A DNA stretch of 64,000 bases from Candidatus Poribacteria bacterium (GTDB lineage: Bacteria > Poribacteria > WGA-4E > WGA-3G): NCBI GenBank assembly GCA_964291315.2, contig OZ219750.1:256001-320000 (forward strand), read 5' to 3'. The notes under the pieces were generated by a model, which ran no database searches, was not told the DNA's origin, and saw only the letters and a list, made by a program, of their open reading frames with translations. This document shows positions 40,945-51,220 of this stretch, one piece after another; within the stretch, counting starts at the first letter, position 1, and each line of letters begins with the position of its first letter. Made by a program: the position numbers and the translations under genes.

Positions 40945-41246
40945 GATGTCAAGTGGTATAATTATGAACATAATTTGTTATTCATAGAGTTTTCGTGCTA
41001 CAAACCATTAGTTTGGAAGCTACGACACCTGTACTTAACAGATTCGGAGGCACAAGAGCAGAACTTTTGGAGCTGTTTCACTGACCCGCGTCCCGACCGA
41101 GAATATAATGGAAGAAATAGATTCTGTCTGTTTCTATACTAAATCTGGGTATCCGAGAGAGCTTATCTAAATGTTGCAACCTGCTTTAGATTGTGCTACA
41201 AAATGATCAACAAAGAGTCCGGCGATTTTAGCCGTGGGAATGTCAA
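40945..41246 (+). mobile_element. Degenerate IS200/IS605-family (tnpB-type) remnant
   Basis: Right-end-like GAGTCCGGCGATTTTAGCCGTGGGAATGTCAA (41215-41246); DREYNGRN resembling the TnpB DRDxNAAxN motif at 41095; TGGTATAAT then ATG at 40954-40966. Confidence 0.5.
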
Positions 41247-42330
41247 AAAGATACTCGTCGCAATGAGCGGAGGCGTGGATAGCTCCGTCACTGCTGCTAT
41301 GATGGTTGACGCTGGTTATGCTGTCACGGGCATCACCATGCGGTTGGGTGCTCCGGACACCCTAGAGGTAGAGTCAGAGCGCCCCAATTGTTGCTCGCTT
41401 GAGGGTATTGAGGATGCTCGCCGCGTCGCTACCCAACTCGGCATTCCGTTCTATGGTGTGAACTACGAGGACATTTTCCGAGAACAAATTATCGACTACT
41501 TCGTAAATGAGTACCTTGTCGGTAAGACTCCCAGTCCTTGTATGGTATGCAACCGAGAGTTGAAGTTTGGTAAGCTCCTTGACCTGGCTAAGACCTTAGA
41601 GTGCGATGCGATCGCTACCGGACACTATGCGCGTATCGAGCGGCATCCAGAGACAGGTCGTTATCTCTTACGCAAAGCACGCGATGCTAGTAAAGATCAG
41701 TCTTACTTCCTGGCTGCGCTTACACAAGATCAATTACAGTGTGCAGTGATGCCCCTTGGTGAATATACAAAAGCCGAGGTACGCGAGCTCGCTCGTAAGT
41801 ATCAGTTGCGAACCGCTGAAAAAATTGACAGTCAAGAGCTCTGCTTTGTTGCCGACAGCAATTATAGACGTTTCCTCCAAGACAGGGTTCCCGAGAAAAT
41901 GCAGCAGGGCGATATTGTGGACAGAGATGGGAATGTTCTCGGTAAACATGAGGGGGTGCCGTTTTATACTGTTGGACAGCGGCGGGGTTTAGGTATTGCA
42001 GTCGGTAAGCCGCTCTATGTGACGCAGCTCAACGCGAGGGAGAATACCGTGGTTGTCGGCGGGTCGGAGGCCCTCTTTGATGACACGATGTACGTCGAAC
42101 ATATGAACCTTATCGCTATTGAGAAGTTGAAAGAGCCAATCCGCGCGCAGGTCAAAATTCGGTCTCGTGATGAGGGTGGTTGGGCGCTCATTTCGCCTGT
42201 TAGCGACACAGAAGCGGTTGTTTGTTTTGACGAGCCGCGTAGAGCGATCGCCCCCGGGCAAGCGACTGTCTTTTACGATGGGGAATACGTTCTCGGAGGC
42301 GGTTGGATTGTAGATTCTCGCGACAAATGA
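41203..42330 (+). CDS. mnmA: tRNA 2-thiouridylase MnmA
   Basis: VAMSGGVDSSV, TPSPCMVCN, ATGHYA, KDQSYFL, DSQELCF, YTVGQRRG, APGQ. Confidence 0.96.
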   Translation: MINKESGDFSRGNVKKILVAMSGGVDSSVTAAMMVDAGYAVTGITMRLGAPDTLEVESERPNCCSLEGIEDARRVATQLGIPFYGVNYEDIFREQIIDYFVNEYLVGKTPSPCMVCNRELKFGKLLDLAKTLECDAIATGHYARIERHPETGRYLLRKARDASKDQSYFLAALTQDQLQCAVMPLGEYTKAEVRELARKYQLRTAEKIDSQELCFVADSNYRRFLQDRVPEKMQQGDIVDRDGNVLGKHEGVPFYTVGQRRGLGIAVGKPLYVTQLNARENTVVVGGSEALFDDTMYVEHMNLIAIEKLKEPIRAQVKIRSRDEGGWALISPVSDTEAVVCFDEPRRAIAPGQATVFYDGEYVLGGGWIVDSRDK

Positions 42331-43247
42331 CCTCAAGACTCATCTGCCTCCTCGGTCCTACAGCGGTTGGCAAAACGGAGGTGGCGATTCGACTGGCACA
42401 ACGCCTTGATGCTGAAATAATCTCTGTCGATTCCCGACAAATCTATCGCCAGATGGACATCGGGACTGCTAAGCCGACGCTTGAAGAGCAACAAGCAGCA
42501 CGGCATCACCTCATAGATTGCATAGATATTTCTGAACGCTTTTCCGTTGTCGACTATCAATGTCTCGCCGACGCAGCGGTCACCGACATCCAAAACAGAG
42601 GCAAACAGGTACTGCTTGTTGGTGGCGCTGGCCTCTATTTTCGGGCGATTGTTGACGGTCTGTTTGAAGGACCAGGAGCAGATCCTGTCCTCCGTGGACA
42701 GCTTGAGCGGGAGGCAGCGCAGCACGGGGCGGATGTTCTCCACGAACGGCTTCGTGTGTGTGATCCAAAATCTGCTGACCGAATCCATCCTAACAACATC
42801 GTCCGTGTTGTTCGTGCATTAGAGGTCTATGAGTTGACTGGCACCCGTATGTCCGAATTTCAACGTCAGTGGTGTTTGGAGTCCCCCCGTTATCCGTTTA
42901 TAGCCTTTTGCCTGACTATGCCGCGAGCGTTGCTTTATCGTTGTATAGAGGAGCGGGTCGATAGGATGCTTGCAAACGGTTTGCTTGTCGAGGTTGAATC
43001 GTTATTAGCGTCTGGTTATCCGCGGAGTGCTGTTGCTCTTCAAAGTTTTGGATATAAAGAGTTGATCTCGTATCTAGATGGAGCATGTACATATAACGAA
43101 GCTATCTCACAACTCAAGCAGAACACTCGCCGCTTCGCCAAGCGGCAGCTCACATGGTTTCGCAAAGATGTCCGTCTTGAATGGATAGACCGAGAATCAA
43201 CACCGGATGTCGTTTCGTATATTTTGAAAAGAATTGAGGGTTTTTAA
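42327..43247 (+). CDS. miaA: tRNA dimethylallyltransferase MiaA
   Basis: GPTAVGKT, DSRQIY, DIGTAKP, RALEV, TRRFAKRQLTWF; ATGA overlap with the mnmA stop. Confidence 0.96.
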   Translation: MTSRLICLLGPTAVGKTEVAIRLAQRLDAEIISVDSRQIYRQMDIGTAKPTLEEQQAARHHLIDCIDISERFSVVDYQCLADAAVTDIQNRGKQVLLVGGAGLYFRAIVDGLFEGPGADPVLRGQLEREAAQHGADVLHERLRVCDPKSADRIHPNNIVRVVRALEVYELTGTRMSEFQRQWCLESPRYPFIAFCLTMPRALLYRCIEERVDRMLANGLLVEVESLLASGYPRSAVALQSFGYKELISYLDGACTYNEAISQLKQNTRRFAKRQLTWFRKDVRLEWIDRESTPDVVSYILKRIEGF

Positions 43248-43307
43248 GAGCAGTAGGTGTATAGAATTTTCTTGATTTTATTCGCCAGATTTCCTATTAG
43301 TTCTAAT

Positions 43308-46300
43308 ATGTCACACCTTAAATCCAGCATTCGAGACAATCATACAAGGGGGAGCGTTGGAGATTTTCTGAAGGCCAAAATCGAAAAAGACTCATCTCTT
43401 TCGATTGTTTCCGCTTATTTCACAATCCATGCCTTTCAGGCACTCAAAGAGGGGCTCACAGAAATTAAAGGGCTCCGGTTTCTTTACGGTGAACCCCGTT
43501 TCATAAAGAGTCTTGATCCCGAAAAGACTGCCAAGAAGGCCTTCGAGATTGAAGGCGAAGGTTTGACTTTTGATGTCCTACTGAAACAAAATTGGATTGC
43601 TAGGGCTTGTGCTGCCTGGATCCGGGAAAAGGTAGAGATCCGCTCTATTCGGAAATCCAATTTGATGCATGCGAAGATGTATCACATCGACAATAGCGGT
43701 ATAGAGGATGCTATTGTTGGAAGCTCCAATTTCACCCTACGTGGACTCGGGATGAGTTCAACAGACAATAACATTGAGCTCAATCTGGAAGTCGATAGCA
43801 ACCGAGATCGCAATGATGTCAAATTGTGGTTTGATGAGATCTGGGATGACACAAAACTCGTCGAGGATGTCAAAGACGAAGTGCTCTTATACCTTGAGCG
43901 ACTCTATCAGAACAACTCTCCGGAATTTATCTACTATAAAACGTTATATCATATCTTTGAACGTTTCTTAGACGATCAGAGAGAAAGTGGATTGCTTGCT
44001 GAGGATGTGCAGCTCATGGATACAGTTATCTGGGACACCCTATTCGAGTTTCAGAAGGACGCTGTAAAAGGGGCGATAAATAAAATTCGGCAGCATAACG
44101 GATGTATCATTGCGGATAGCGTTGGTTTGGGCAAAACCTTCGAGGCGTTGGCTATAATTAAATACTTTGAGCTTTTGAATAACAGAGTGCTCGTAATCTG
44201 CCCCAAGAAGTTGCGGGACAATTGGACCGTTTACCGTGCGGAGAATAATAGCGAACTGAACCTGTTCCTCAAAGACCGATTCGGATATACAGTGCTGTCA
44301 CATACTGACCTAAGTCGAGATAGCGGGAAGTCAGGTGATATTGATCTCAAAACAGTCAACTGGGGCAACTACGATCTGGTAGTCATTGATGAATCGCATA
44401 ATTTTCGGAACAATACACCGGGAAAGAAAGATGAGGACGGTAACTTAATCCGCAAAAGTCGTTACCAACGACTCATGGAGGATATTATCCAGAACGGGAT
44501 AAAAACTAAAGTGCTCTTGCTGTCTGCTACGCCCGTGAACAATAACCTCAAGGACCTTCGTAACCAGATCTATTTTCTTACTGAGGGGCAAGACGACGCT
44601 TTTCGCGAATCACTCGGCATTGCCAGCCTGAAGAATACCCTTGCAGATGCACAACGCACTTTCACCGAATGGTCAAAGGGCAGCAACCGCCAGACACGCG
44701 GTCTGCTCGAACGACTCAGTACTCCTTTCTTCAAACTCCTTGACGGAGTGACTATTGCTCGATCTCGAAAACATGTTGAAAAATACTATCCAGAGTCTAT
44801 TAAAGAACTTGGGGGATTTCCAGATCGAAACAAGCCAATTTCTGTCTACACGGATATTGATTTGCAAAGACATTTCGTGTCTTACGACGAACTGAACGAA
44901 GAAATTTCCGAGTACCAGCTCTCCCTATTTAACCCTTCAAAGTACGTGCTGCCCCAATACATCTCCCAATATGAGGATGGACAAGTTGGGCAATTTACGC
45001 AAAGCAACAGGGAACACTATCTGATTGGCATGATGAAGATAAATTTTCTCAAACGGTTAGAAAGCTCCGTTCATTCGTTTGGCATTACGATGAGGCGGAC
45101 AATCGAGAAAATTGAGAAACTCGAAAAACGGATTAAGCGATTCCAGAAGTTTCGCGACGAGAATTCGGGTATGGACCTGGACGCTCTCGAAATTGAAGCA
45201 TCTGAGGATGAGGAATTGCGCGAAGCGATGCAGGTAGGTAAGAATCTAGTCTTCAAAATGGCGCACCTTGATACTCAGAGGTGGTTGGAGGACCTCGAAC
45301 GCGACCGGGAGCAGCTTGAATTACCGCGCCTCTATGCAGAGGATGTGACTGCGGATCGCGATGCTAAACTTGTGAGGCTCAAGGAGCTCATCGCTGAGCA
45401 GGTTAAACACCCTATAACAGATAAAGCGGGGCAACCGAATCGCAAGGTCCTAGTATTTACTGCTTTTGCGGATACTGCTGACTATCTCTATCGGGCTTTA
45501 AAACAGTGGGCAACTGAAGATCTGGGGATTCATATTGCAACGGTCTCGGGCGGTGCTGGTGGTAACAAGACAACCTTCGGCAAGGTTGAATTCAGCAATA
45601 TTTTAACAAATTTTTCTCCGAATTCCAAAAAACGACACTTGATGAAATCTATGCCACAGGATCAGGAGATAGATCTGCTCATTGGGACGGATTGCATCTC
45701 AGAAGGACAGAATCTGCAAGACTGTGGTTATCTCGTTAACTATGACATCCACTGGAACCCGGTGCGTATCATTCAACGGTTTGGACGGATCGACCGCATC
45801 GGAAACAGCAATGACCGCATCCAGCTCGTCAACTTCTGGCCAACCCCGGATCTCAACCGTTACATCCAATTGAAAAGTCGGGTTGAAGCGAGGATGGCAC
45901 TCGTAGACATTGCCGCAACACAGGGAGATAATCTGTTAGACCCTGATGGAATTCAGGAACTCCTTGAAGATGATCTCAAATATCGCGATCAACAATTGCT
46001 AAGACTGAAAGACGAGGTCCTGGACATCGAAGATTTCGATGAAAGTGTTGCCCTTAACGAGTTCACGCTCGACGATTTCCGTATTGACTTGATGAATTAT
46101 ATTGAAAGCAATCGAAAAATGCTTGAGGACACCCCGTTAGGACTCTACGCGGTTGTTCCACCTCACTCGGTGTATCAGGTGATTACTAAAGGCGTTATTT
46201 TCTGCTTTCGACAGAAAGCTGATTCAGTTGGAAATGAAAAGATAAACCCGCTGCAGCCCTACTTCCTTGTTTACGTTCGAGAGAATGGCGAAGTGCGGTA

Positions 46301-46592
46301 TACTTTCACACACCCTAAACAGATCCTTGAGATGTACCGCCTCTTGTGTGCAGGCGTGGGTAAGCCCTACGAAGACCTATGTACTTTGTTTGACAGTCAG
46401 ACGAAAAACGGCACGGAGATGAATTATTACAACGATCTGCTCCAGAAAGCGGTTAACTCGCTCAGCCGCACCTATCGGAAACGAGCGATTGGCAATCTCT
46501 TGGCGAGCCGTGGTGGAAGACTTGTTAAACAACAGAACCAGGTACAAGATATAACGGATTTTGAACTTATTACATGGTTGGTAATTCAATGA
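43308..46592 (+). CDS. PLD (HKD) nuclease fused to an SNF2-family helicase
   Basis: HAKMYHID plus GSSNFT, Walker A ADSVGLGKT, DESH, SATP, EGQNLQ, QRFGRIDR; start probably ATG 43308. Confidence 0.88.
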   Translation: MSHLKSSIRDNHTRGSVGDFLKAKIEKDSSLSIVSAYFTIHAFQALKEGLTEIKGLRFLYGEPRFIKSLDPEKTAKKAFEIEGEGLTFDVLLKQNWIARACAAWIREKVEIRSIRKSNLMHAKMYHIDNSGIEDAIVGSSNFTLRGLGMSSTDNNIELNLEVDSNRDRNDVKLWFDEIWDDTKLVEDVKDEVLLYLERLYQNNSPEFIYYKTLYHIFERFLDDQRESGLLAEDVQLMDTVIWDTLFEFQKDAVKGAINKIRQHNGCIIADSVGLGKTFEALAIIKYFELLNNRVLVICPKKLRDNWTVYRAENNSELNLFLKDRFGYTVLSHTDLSRDSGKSGDIDLKTVNWGNYDLVVIDESHNFRNNTPGKKDEDGNLIRKSRYQRLMEDIIQNGIKTKVLLLSATPVNNNLKDLRNQIYFLTEGQDDAFRESLGIASLKNTLADAQRTFTEWSKGSNRQTRGLLERLSTPFFKLLDGVTIARSRKHVEKYYPESIKELGGFPDRNKPISVYTDIDLQRHFVSYDELNEEISEYQLSLFNPSKYVLPQYISQYEDGQVGQFTQSNREHYLIGMMKINFLKRLESSVHSFGITMRRTIEKIEKLEKRIKRFQKFRDENSGMDLDALEIEASEDEELREAMQVGKNLVFKMAHLDTQRWLEDLERDREQLELPRLYAEDVTADRDAKLVRLKELIAEQVKHPITDKAGQPNRKVLVFTAFADTADYLYRALKQWATEDLGIHIATVSGGAGGNKTTFGKVEFSNILTNFSPNSKKRHLMKSMPQDQEIDLLIGTDCISEGQNLQDCGYLVNYDIHWNPVRIIQRFGRIDRIGNSNDRIQLVNFWPTPDLNRYIQLKSRVEARMALVDIAATQGDNLLDPDGIQELLEDDLKYRDQQLLRLKDEVLDIEDFDESVALNEFTLDDFRIDLMNYIESNRKMLEDTPLGLYAVVPPHSVYQVITKGVIFCFRQKADSVGNEKINPLQPYFLVYVRENGEVRYTFTHPKQILEMYRLLCAGVGKPYEDLCTLFDSQTKNGTEMNYYNDLLQKAVNSLSRTYRKRAIGNLLASRGGRLVKQQNQVQDITDFELITWLVIQ

Positions 46593-49500
46593 ACGAACTC
46601 CGGATAAAAAGAAATATTGAACAGGTACTTAAAGACTTTCAACGCGGTCCGCTGAAACTGAATGCCAGAAACCTACTTAATGCGCTCGGTTATGAGAGTG
46701 AGATGATAATGGATCTCGAATCTAGTCTCGCTGAGGAATTTATTTCAGTTTTTAGCGAGTTCGGGAAATTGGATCGGCAGCGGGCAATCGTAGACGAGTG
46801 GGAAACTATTGATTTCCTGTTTCAACTCACTGAAGAAGAACTCTCCGGTACAGGCCAGACGCGAATCGTTTTTTCTAACCGACAGTTTGACGATACGATT
46901 ATGGAGTCCTATGTTTTCTTCGCTTTGAAACTCAGGGAAGACAATTATACCCGCGCACAGCTATCGACAATCACTCGCGAAGTTAACAAAATCATGCCCA
47001 TGCCCGCCATGATAATCTTTCAGCATGGTGAAACCTTGACGCTTGCAGTTATTGATCGCCGTTTGCACAAGCGCGACGAATCAAGAGACGTTCTTGAAAA
47101 GGTAACCCTGATTAAAGATATTGATTTCCACGAGCCGCACCCTGCGCACATTAAGATACTGTTTGACCTATCGCGCAATGAGTTGTTCAGGGTTCACGGT
47201 TTTAGTAACTTTGTCGAACTCCATCGTGCATGGGAAAAGACTTTGGACATTCAGGAACTAAACAGAAAGTTCTATCGTGAACTATCTGATTGGTATTTCT
47301 GGGCGGTAGAGCGTGTTGCGTTCCCGGAAGATGCAGGCAAAGAGGTAGATATCCGCAACGCTACGAGTGTGATCCGTCTGATTACGCGATTGATTTTTGT
47401 CTGGTTCATCAAGGAAAAGAGATTAATCCCGGATATCTTTTTTAATCCGAGGGAGATAGAGGATATCCTTGTTAGCACGGATCCACAGGAGAGTAGCTAC
47501 TACAAGGCTATTCTCCAAAACCTATTCTTTGCCACCCTTAATCAAGAGATGAACACACCTCAGAAATCTGATAACCGTAAATTTCGCGGCAAGGGGCGAC
47601 AACACTACAATATCACATCGCTCTACCGCTATGAAGAATATTTTTCGCATCCAGATGCGGCATTGCGCCATTTTGAGACAATCCCTTTCCTGAATGGTGG
47701 TCTCTTTGAGTGTCTTGATAAGAAAAGTCCCGAGGATTCCAGTAAAATTTTGCGGATTGATGGATTTTCTGATCGGATTGATAATTCGTTGTCTGTTCCG
47801 AATTTTCTGTTTTTTTCTCAGGAAAGGGAGGTTGACCTCAACAAATTCTACGGTACAAAAGGTAAAAGATATAAGGTTCGGGGGTTAATTGAAATTCTGC
47901 GCCGCTACAAGTTTACAATTACTGAGAACACCCCGATTGAAGAGGAAGTCGCCCTTGACCCCGAGTTGCTTGGAAAGGTCTTTGAGAACCTGCTTGCTGC
48001 GTATAACCCTGAAACAGACACGACCGCTCGTAAGCAGACGGGTTCTTTCTACACCCCGCGTGAGGTTGTTAATTACATGGTTGGTGAGTCGCTCATTGCC
48101 TATCTCACAGACGCATTAGATACATCATCTTTTCCTTCTGATGAAGAGGGTCAGGAGGTAACTCTCAAACTCCGGCACCTCTTCTCCTATAGCGACGAAC
48201 CGCATCAATTTACACATATTGAAACCCAGCATCTCATCAACGCTATTGACACCGTCAAAATACTAGATCCTGCGTGTGGATCCGGTGCCTTCCCCATGGG
48301 CGTTCTACATAAGCTGGTTTTCGTTTTGGGAAAACTTGACCCCGGCAATGAGCAGTGGAGACAACGGCAAATCGATAAAGTTGATACCCTTATCAACATG
48401 GCAGAGACTATTGACGACAGCACTGTTCGGCGGAACACCGTCCGTGAGCTCGAACGAGAAAAGGACAATATCAACGAAGCGTTTGAACGCAATGAACTTG
48501 ACTACGGCAGAAAGCTCTATCTCATAGAGAATTGCCTCTACGGTGTAGACATTCAACCGGTTGCTGTCCAGATCGCCAAGCTTCGTTTTTTTATTTCGCT
48601 TGTTGCAGATCAGCGAATTGACGATGCGCAAGAAAACAGAGGCGTGCGTCCGTTACCGAATTTAGAAACCAAGTTTGTAGCGGGAAACACACTTATTCGG
48701 GTGGAGAAACCGGAACAGCTGTCAATGCGGAATCCGGAGATTGATCGGAAGGAAAGGGAATTAAGCGGAGTCCGCCGGAAATACTTCACCGCTCGAACGC
48801 CGAGGACTAAAGAGAAGTGGCGTGTTCTTGATAAGCAGCTCCGCGCCGACATGAGTCTGTTGCTTAGAGATGACGGTTTCCCCAGCGAAACGACTGAAAA
48901 AATCGCCAATTGGGATCCGTATGACCAAAATGCTGTTGCTGATTTCTTTGATGCCGAGTGGATGTTCAATATTGCCGACGGTTTTGATGTTGTGATTGGC
49001 AATCCGCCTTATGTTAATATTGTAAACCTTTCTGTTATACTTAGGGATTATCTGTTCAAGAATTACCGGGCCTGTCAAAGGAGAACCGATATCTACATCG
49101 CTTTTCTTGAAAAATCTATTTCCATCCTTAGTGTGAAGGGAATTATGAGTTTCATTCTTCCATACGCTTTCGCTGTGCAGAAATATGGAGAGAAAATGCG
49201 TCAGATTCTGATAGGAAATCATACTATTCGGGAAATCGTGGATGCTAGTAGTTACCGGATTTTTGAGAACGCTTTTGTGTACAATATTATTTTGACAGTC
49301 GGTAATTATAAAGTACCGGCTCGTACGAAAGTGCGCTTGTATCACAGCAATGAGGATTTTGATAAGGGCGGAGGGACGGAATTCTTGATTGATCAACATT
49401 CTTTTGCGAAGCTCAAAGATTCTCGTCTTGAAACTAAACCTTATGTATTTGACAGTTTGAAGATAAAAGAAAAGATATTACGGTGTTCAGTTCGCTTTGA

Positions 49501-50191
49501 TCAGATTTGTCTTGTCTCTTACGGGGCCAGGCTCAATCATCGCTCAAACAAAAAATTGCGTAAAGTTCATTATATCAGTCAAGTACCAACTTCGGGCAGT
49601 AAACGATTTTGTGAGGGGAAAACATTAAAGCGTTACACCTTTTCTCAGATAGGCTGGTTGAACTATACTCCAGATGAACACTACAACCCGATGTTTCCAG
49701 AGTTGTTTGAGAACAAAAAATTGATGTTTGTTAATATTGTGAAAGATCGGTTACGTTTTGCCTATGATGATGAAGGTTTTTACAACAGTAATACAATTGT
49801 GAATTGCGTCCGATTGGATTTACTTTCGGGTGCGTCTCATATTTCAGCCCGTCGCGCTATTCGAGCTGCTGATAACGGTTTTGCTAAGAAGCATGATTAC
49901 AAGTTTCTTTTGGGTGTGCTGAACTCTGATTTCATCAATTGGTACTTCCGCAACTTTTTAAGCGAAGGGTTACACTTTTATCCAAATGATGCCAAAGAGC
50001 TACCTATCCCTGATGTAGCTTTTGAAAAACAAGCTCCGATTATTGAAATTGTTGATCGAATCCTGATTGCCAAACACACTGATCCAGACGCGGACACGAC
50101 TGAAATGGAAAAAGAGATTGACAAACTGGTATATGCTTTATACGGCTTAACCGATGCTGAGATTGCGGTTGTGGAGGCATTAGAGGGATAA
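46589..50191 (+). CDS. Eco57I-like / Type IIG-like N6-adenine DNA methyltransferase with TaqI-C-like target recognition domain
   Basis: PFLNGGLF, ELLGKVFENLL, GSFYTP, ILDPACGSGAF, IGNPPYV, LLGVLNS; ATGA overlap with the helicase stop. Confidence 0.9.
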   Translation: MNELRIKRNIEQVLKDFQRGPLKLNARNLLNALGYESEMIMDLESSLAEEFISVFSEFGKLDRQRAIVDEWETIDFLFQLTEEELSGTGQTRIVFSNRQFDDTIMESYVFFALKLREDNYTRAQLSTITREVNKIMPMPAMIIFQHGETLTLAVIDRRLHKRDESRDVLEKVTLIKDIDFHEPHPAHIKILFDLSRNELFRVHGFSNFVELHRAWEKTLDIQELNRKFYRELSDWYFWAVERVAFPEDAGKEVDIRNATSVIRLITRLIFVWFIKEKRLIPDIFFNPREIEDILVSTDPQESSYYKAILQNLFFATLNQEMNTPQKSDNRKFRGKGRQHYNITSLYRYEEYFSHPDAALRHFETIPFLNGGLFECLDKKSPEDSSKILRIDGFSDRIDNSLSVPNFLFFSQEREVDLNKFYGTKGKRYKVRGLIEILRRYKFTITENTPIEEEVALDPELLGKVFENLLAAYNPETDTTARKQTGSFYTPREVVNYMVGESLIAYLTDALDTSSFPSDEEGQEVTLKLRHLFSYSDEPHQFTHIETQHLINAIDTVKILDPACGSGAFPMGVLHKLVFVLGKLDPGNEQWRQRQIDKVDTLINMAETIDDSTVRRNTVRELEREKDNINEAFERNELDYGRKLYLIENCLYGVDIQPVAVQIAKLRFFISLVADQRIDDAQENRGVRPLPNLETKFVAGNTLIRVEKPEQLSMRNPEIDRKERELSGVRRKYFTARTPRTKEKWRVLDKQLRADMSLLLRDDGFPSETTEKIANWDPYDQNAVADFFDAEWMFNIADGFDVVIGNPPYVNIVNLSVILRDYLFKNYRACQRRTDIYIAFLEKSISILSVKGIMSFILPYAFAVQKYGEKMRQILIGNHTIREIVDASSYRIFENAFVYNIILTVGNYKVPARTKVRLYHSNEDFDKGGGTEFLIDQHSFAKLKDSRLETKPYVFDSLKIKEKILRCSVRFDQICLVSYGARLNHRSNKKLRKVHYISQVPTSGSKRFCEGKTLKRYTFSQIGWLNYTPDEHYNPMFPELFENKKLMFVNIVKDRLRFAYDDEGFYNSNTIVNCVRLDLLSGASHISARRAIRAADNGFAKKHDYKFLLGVLNSDFINWYFRNFLSEGLHFYPNDAKELPIPDVAFEKQAPIIEIVDRILIAKHTDPDADTTEMEKEIDKLVYALYGLTDAEIAVVEALEG

Positions 50192-50225
50192 TCTGAATCG
50201 CGTACGCTCCAGGTGAGCGATATGT

Positions 50226-50312
50226 CTATAGCTCCAAGTTGCTGCGTAAAGCTTGAAAGAACGCTTTCTCATCAAATCCGTACACGCCGATGGTAACAAT
50301 TTTGATTTGCAT
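50226..50312 (-). pseudogene. Truncated second DUF488-family gene
   Basis: MQIKIVTIGVYGFDEKAFFQALRSNLEL*, starting just after the DUF488 stop; the I-x-TIG N-terminal motif matches its neighbour. Confidence 0.55.
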
Positions 50313-50324
50313 AGTAGACTTAAA

Positions 50325-50885
50325 TTACCTGTATTTTTTTCGAGAGACGAATGTGTTATCATCAAATAGCAACTGTTGCCCTCCCGTCAGTCGTTCAATG
50401 ACTTGTTCCTGCGTCAGTTGAGCACCTTTTTCGTCGATATGAATAACCTTTATGTTTTTCTCATTCGTGAGAGTGGTTCCGATGAGTTTGCAGCGGTGGC
50501 AGTCCTGCGGTTTCGCCTCGCTACACATTAGGATGATAGCGTGTTGTTGTTCGGAGGCTGTCTGAAGTCGTTGGATGCCATGCTGATAGGCCTGGGTCGC
50601 TTTGACCTTTTCGTAATCGACTTTGCCGTTGTCATTATAACAGGTTTTGTCGTCCGGTCTGCCGCCGATTGTATCTCCCATAAAAACGTAACGAATTCCG
50701 TGCTGTTCGATCGCGTCCGCAAGTGGTGCTTTAGAAAATTCCGGTTTATAGCGAGAATAAGGTGCCGATCGAACATCAATGAGATAGGCAATCTGATGCA
50801 TGTGTAGCAGTTCGATAAACACCTCTCTAGAATGACTGCCATAACCTATTGTATAGATTGGATTGCCTGTAGCTAGTTTTTCCAT
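50325..50885 (-). CDS. DUF488 family protein
   Basis: IYTIGY, LIDVRSAPYS, IGGRP, LMCSE...CHR. Confidence 0.88.
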   Translation of the reverse strand: MEKLATGNPIYTIGYGSHSREVFIELLHMHQIAYLIDVRSAPYSRYKPEFSKAPLADAIEQHGIRYVFMGDTIGGRPDDKTCYNDNGKVDYEKVKATQAYQHGIQRLQTASEQQHAIILMCSEAKPQDCHRCKLIGTTLTNEKNIKVIHIDEKGAQLTQEQVIERLTGGQQLLFDDNTFVSRKKYR

Positions 50886-51129
50886 GATAGATATATGGTA
50901 TCACAGGATCGTCGAAAATACAATTGAAGTTTTCTGATTTCTAACGTGGGTTTGATAATTATTGGTTCATCTTTGAATAAAGAGAATGTTTGTGTACCTT
51001 AAAGGTGATGCTGATTCTGACAAGCGTTGAGGATGCAAAGACTGACAGTCTATGCTACAAGTTGCTTGTATATGCTACAAAAGATCTCCGCTAAATCTTT
51101 TTTCAAACTCACGTTATACTAAAATAGGG

Positions 51130-51158
51130 TTGAAATTTCCGAAAATATCTTGTATAAT
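51130..51158 (+). promoter_or_regulatory. Sigma70-type promoter
   Basis: TTGAAA - 17 bp - TATAAT upstream of the peptidase gene. Confidence 0.55.
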
Positions 51159-51220
51159 TCCCTTAAAACTGACAATATCTAGTAGCCACAAGAACAACAC
51201 ACAGTTTGGAGGTGTTCATT

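Noticed and set aside
48761-49399. 212-aa minus-strand ORF and other short overlapping ORFs in the track
   Set aside because: They lie antisense to or out of frame within well-supported genes and show no motifs.
43257-50191. Complete DISARM or BREX system
   Set aside because: No drmA/drmB, pglZ or brxC homologues in the window.
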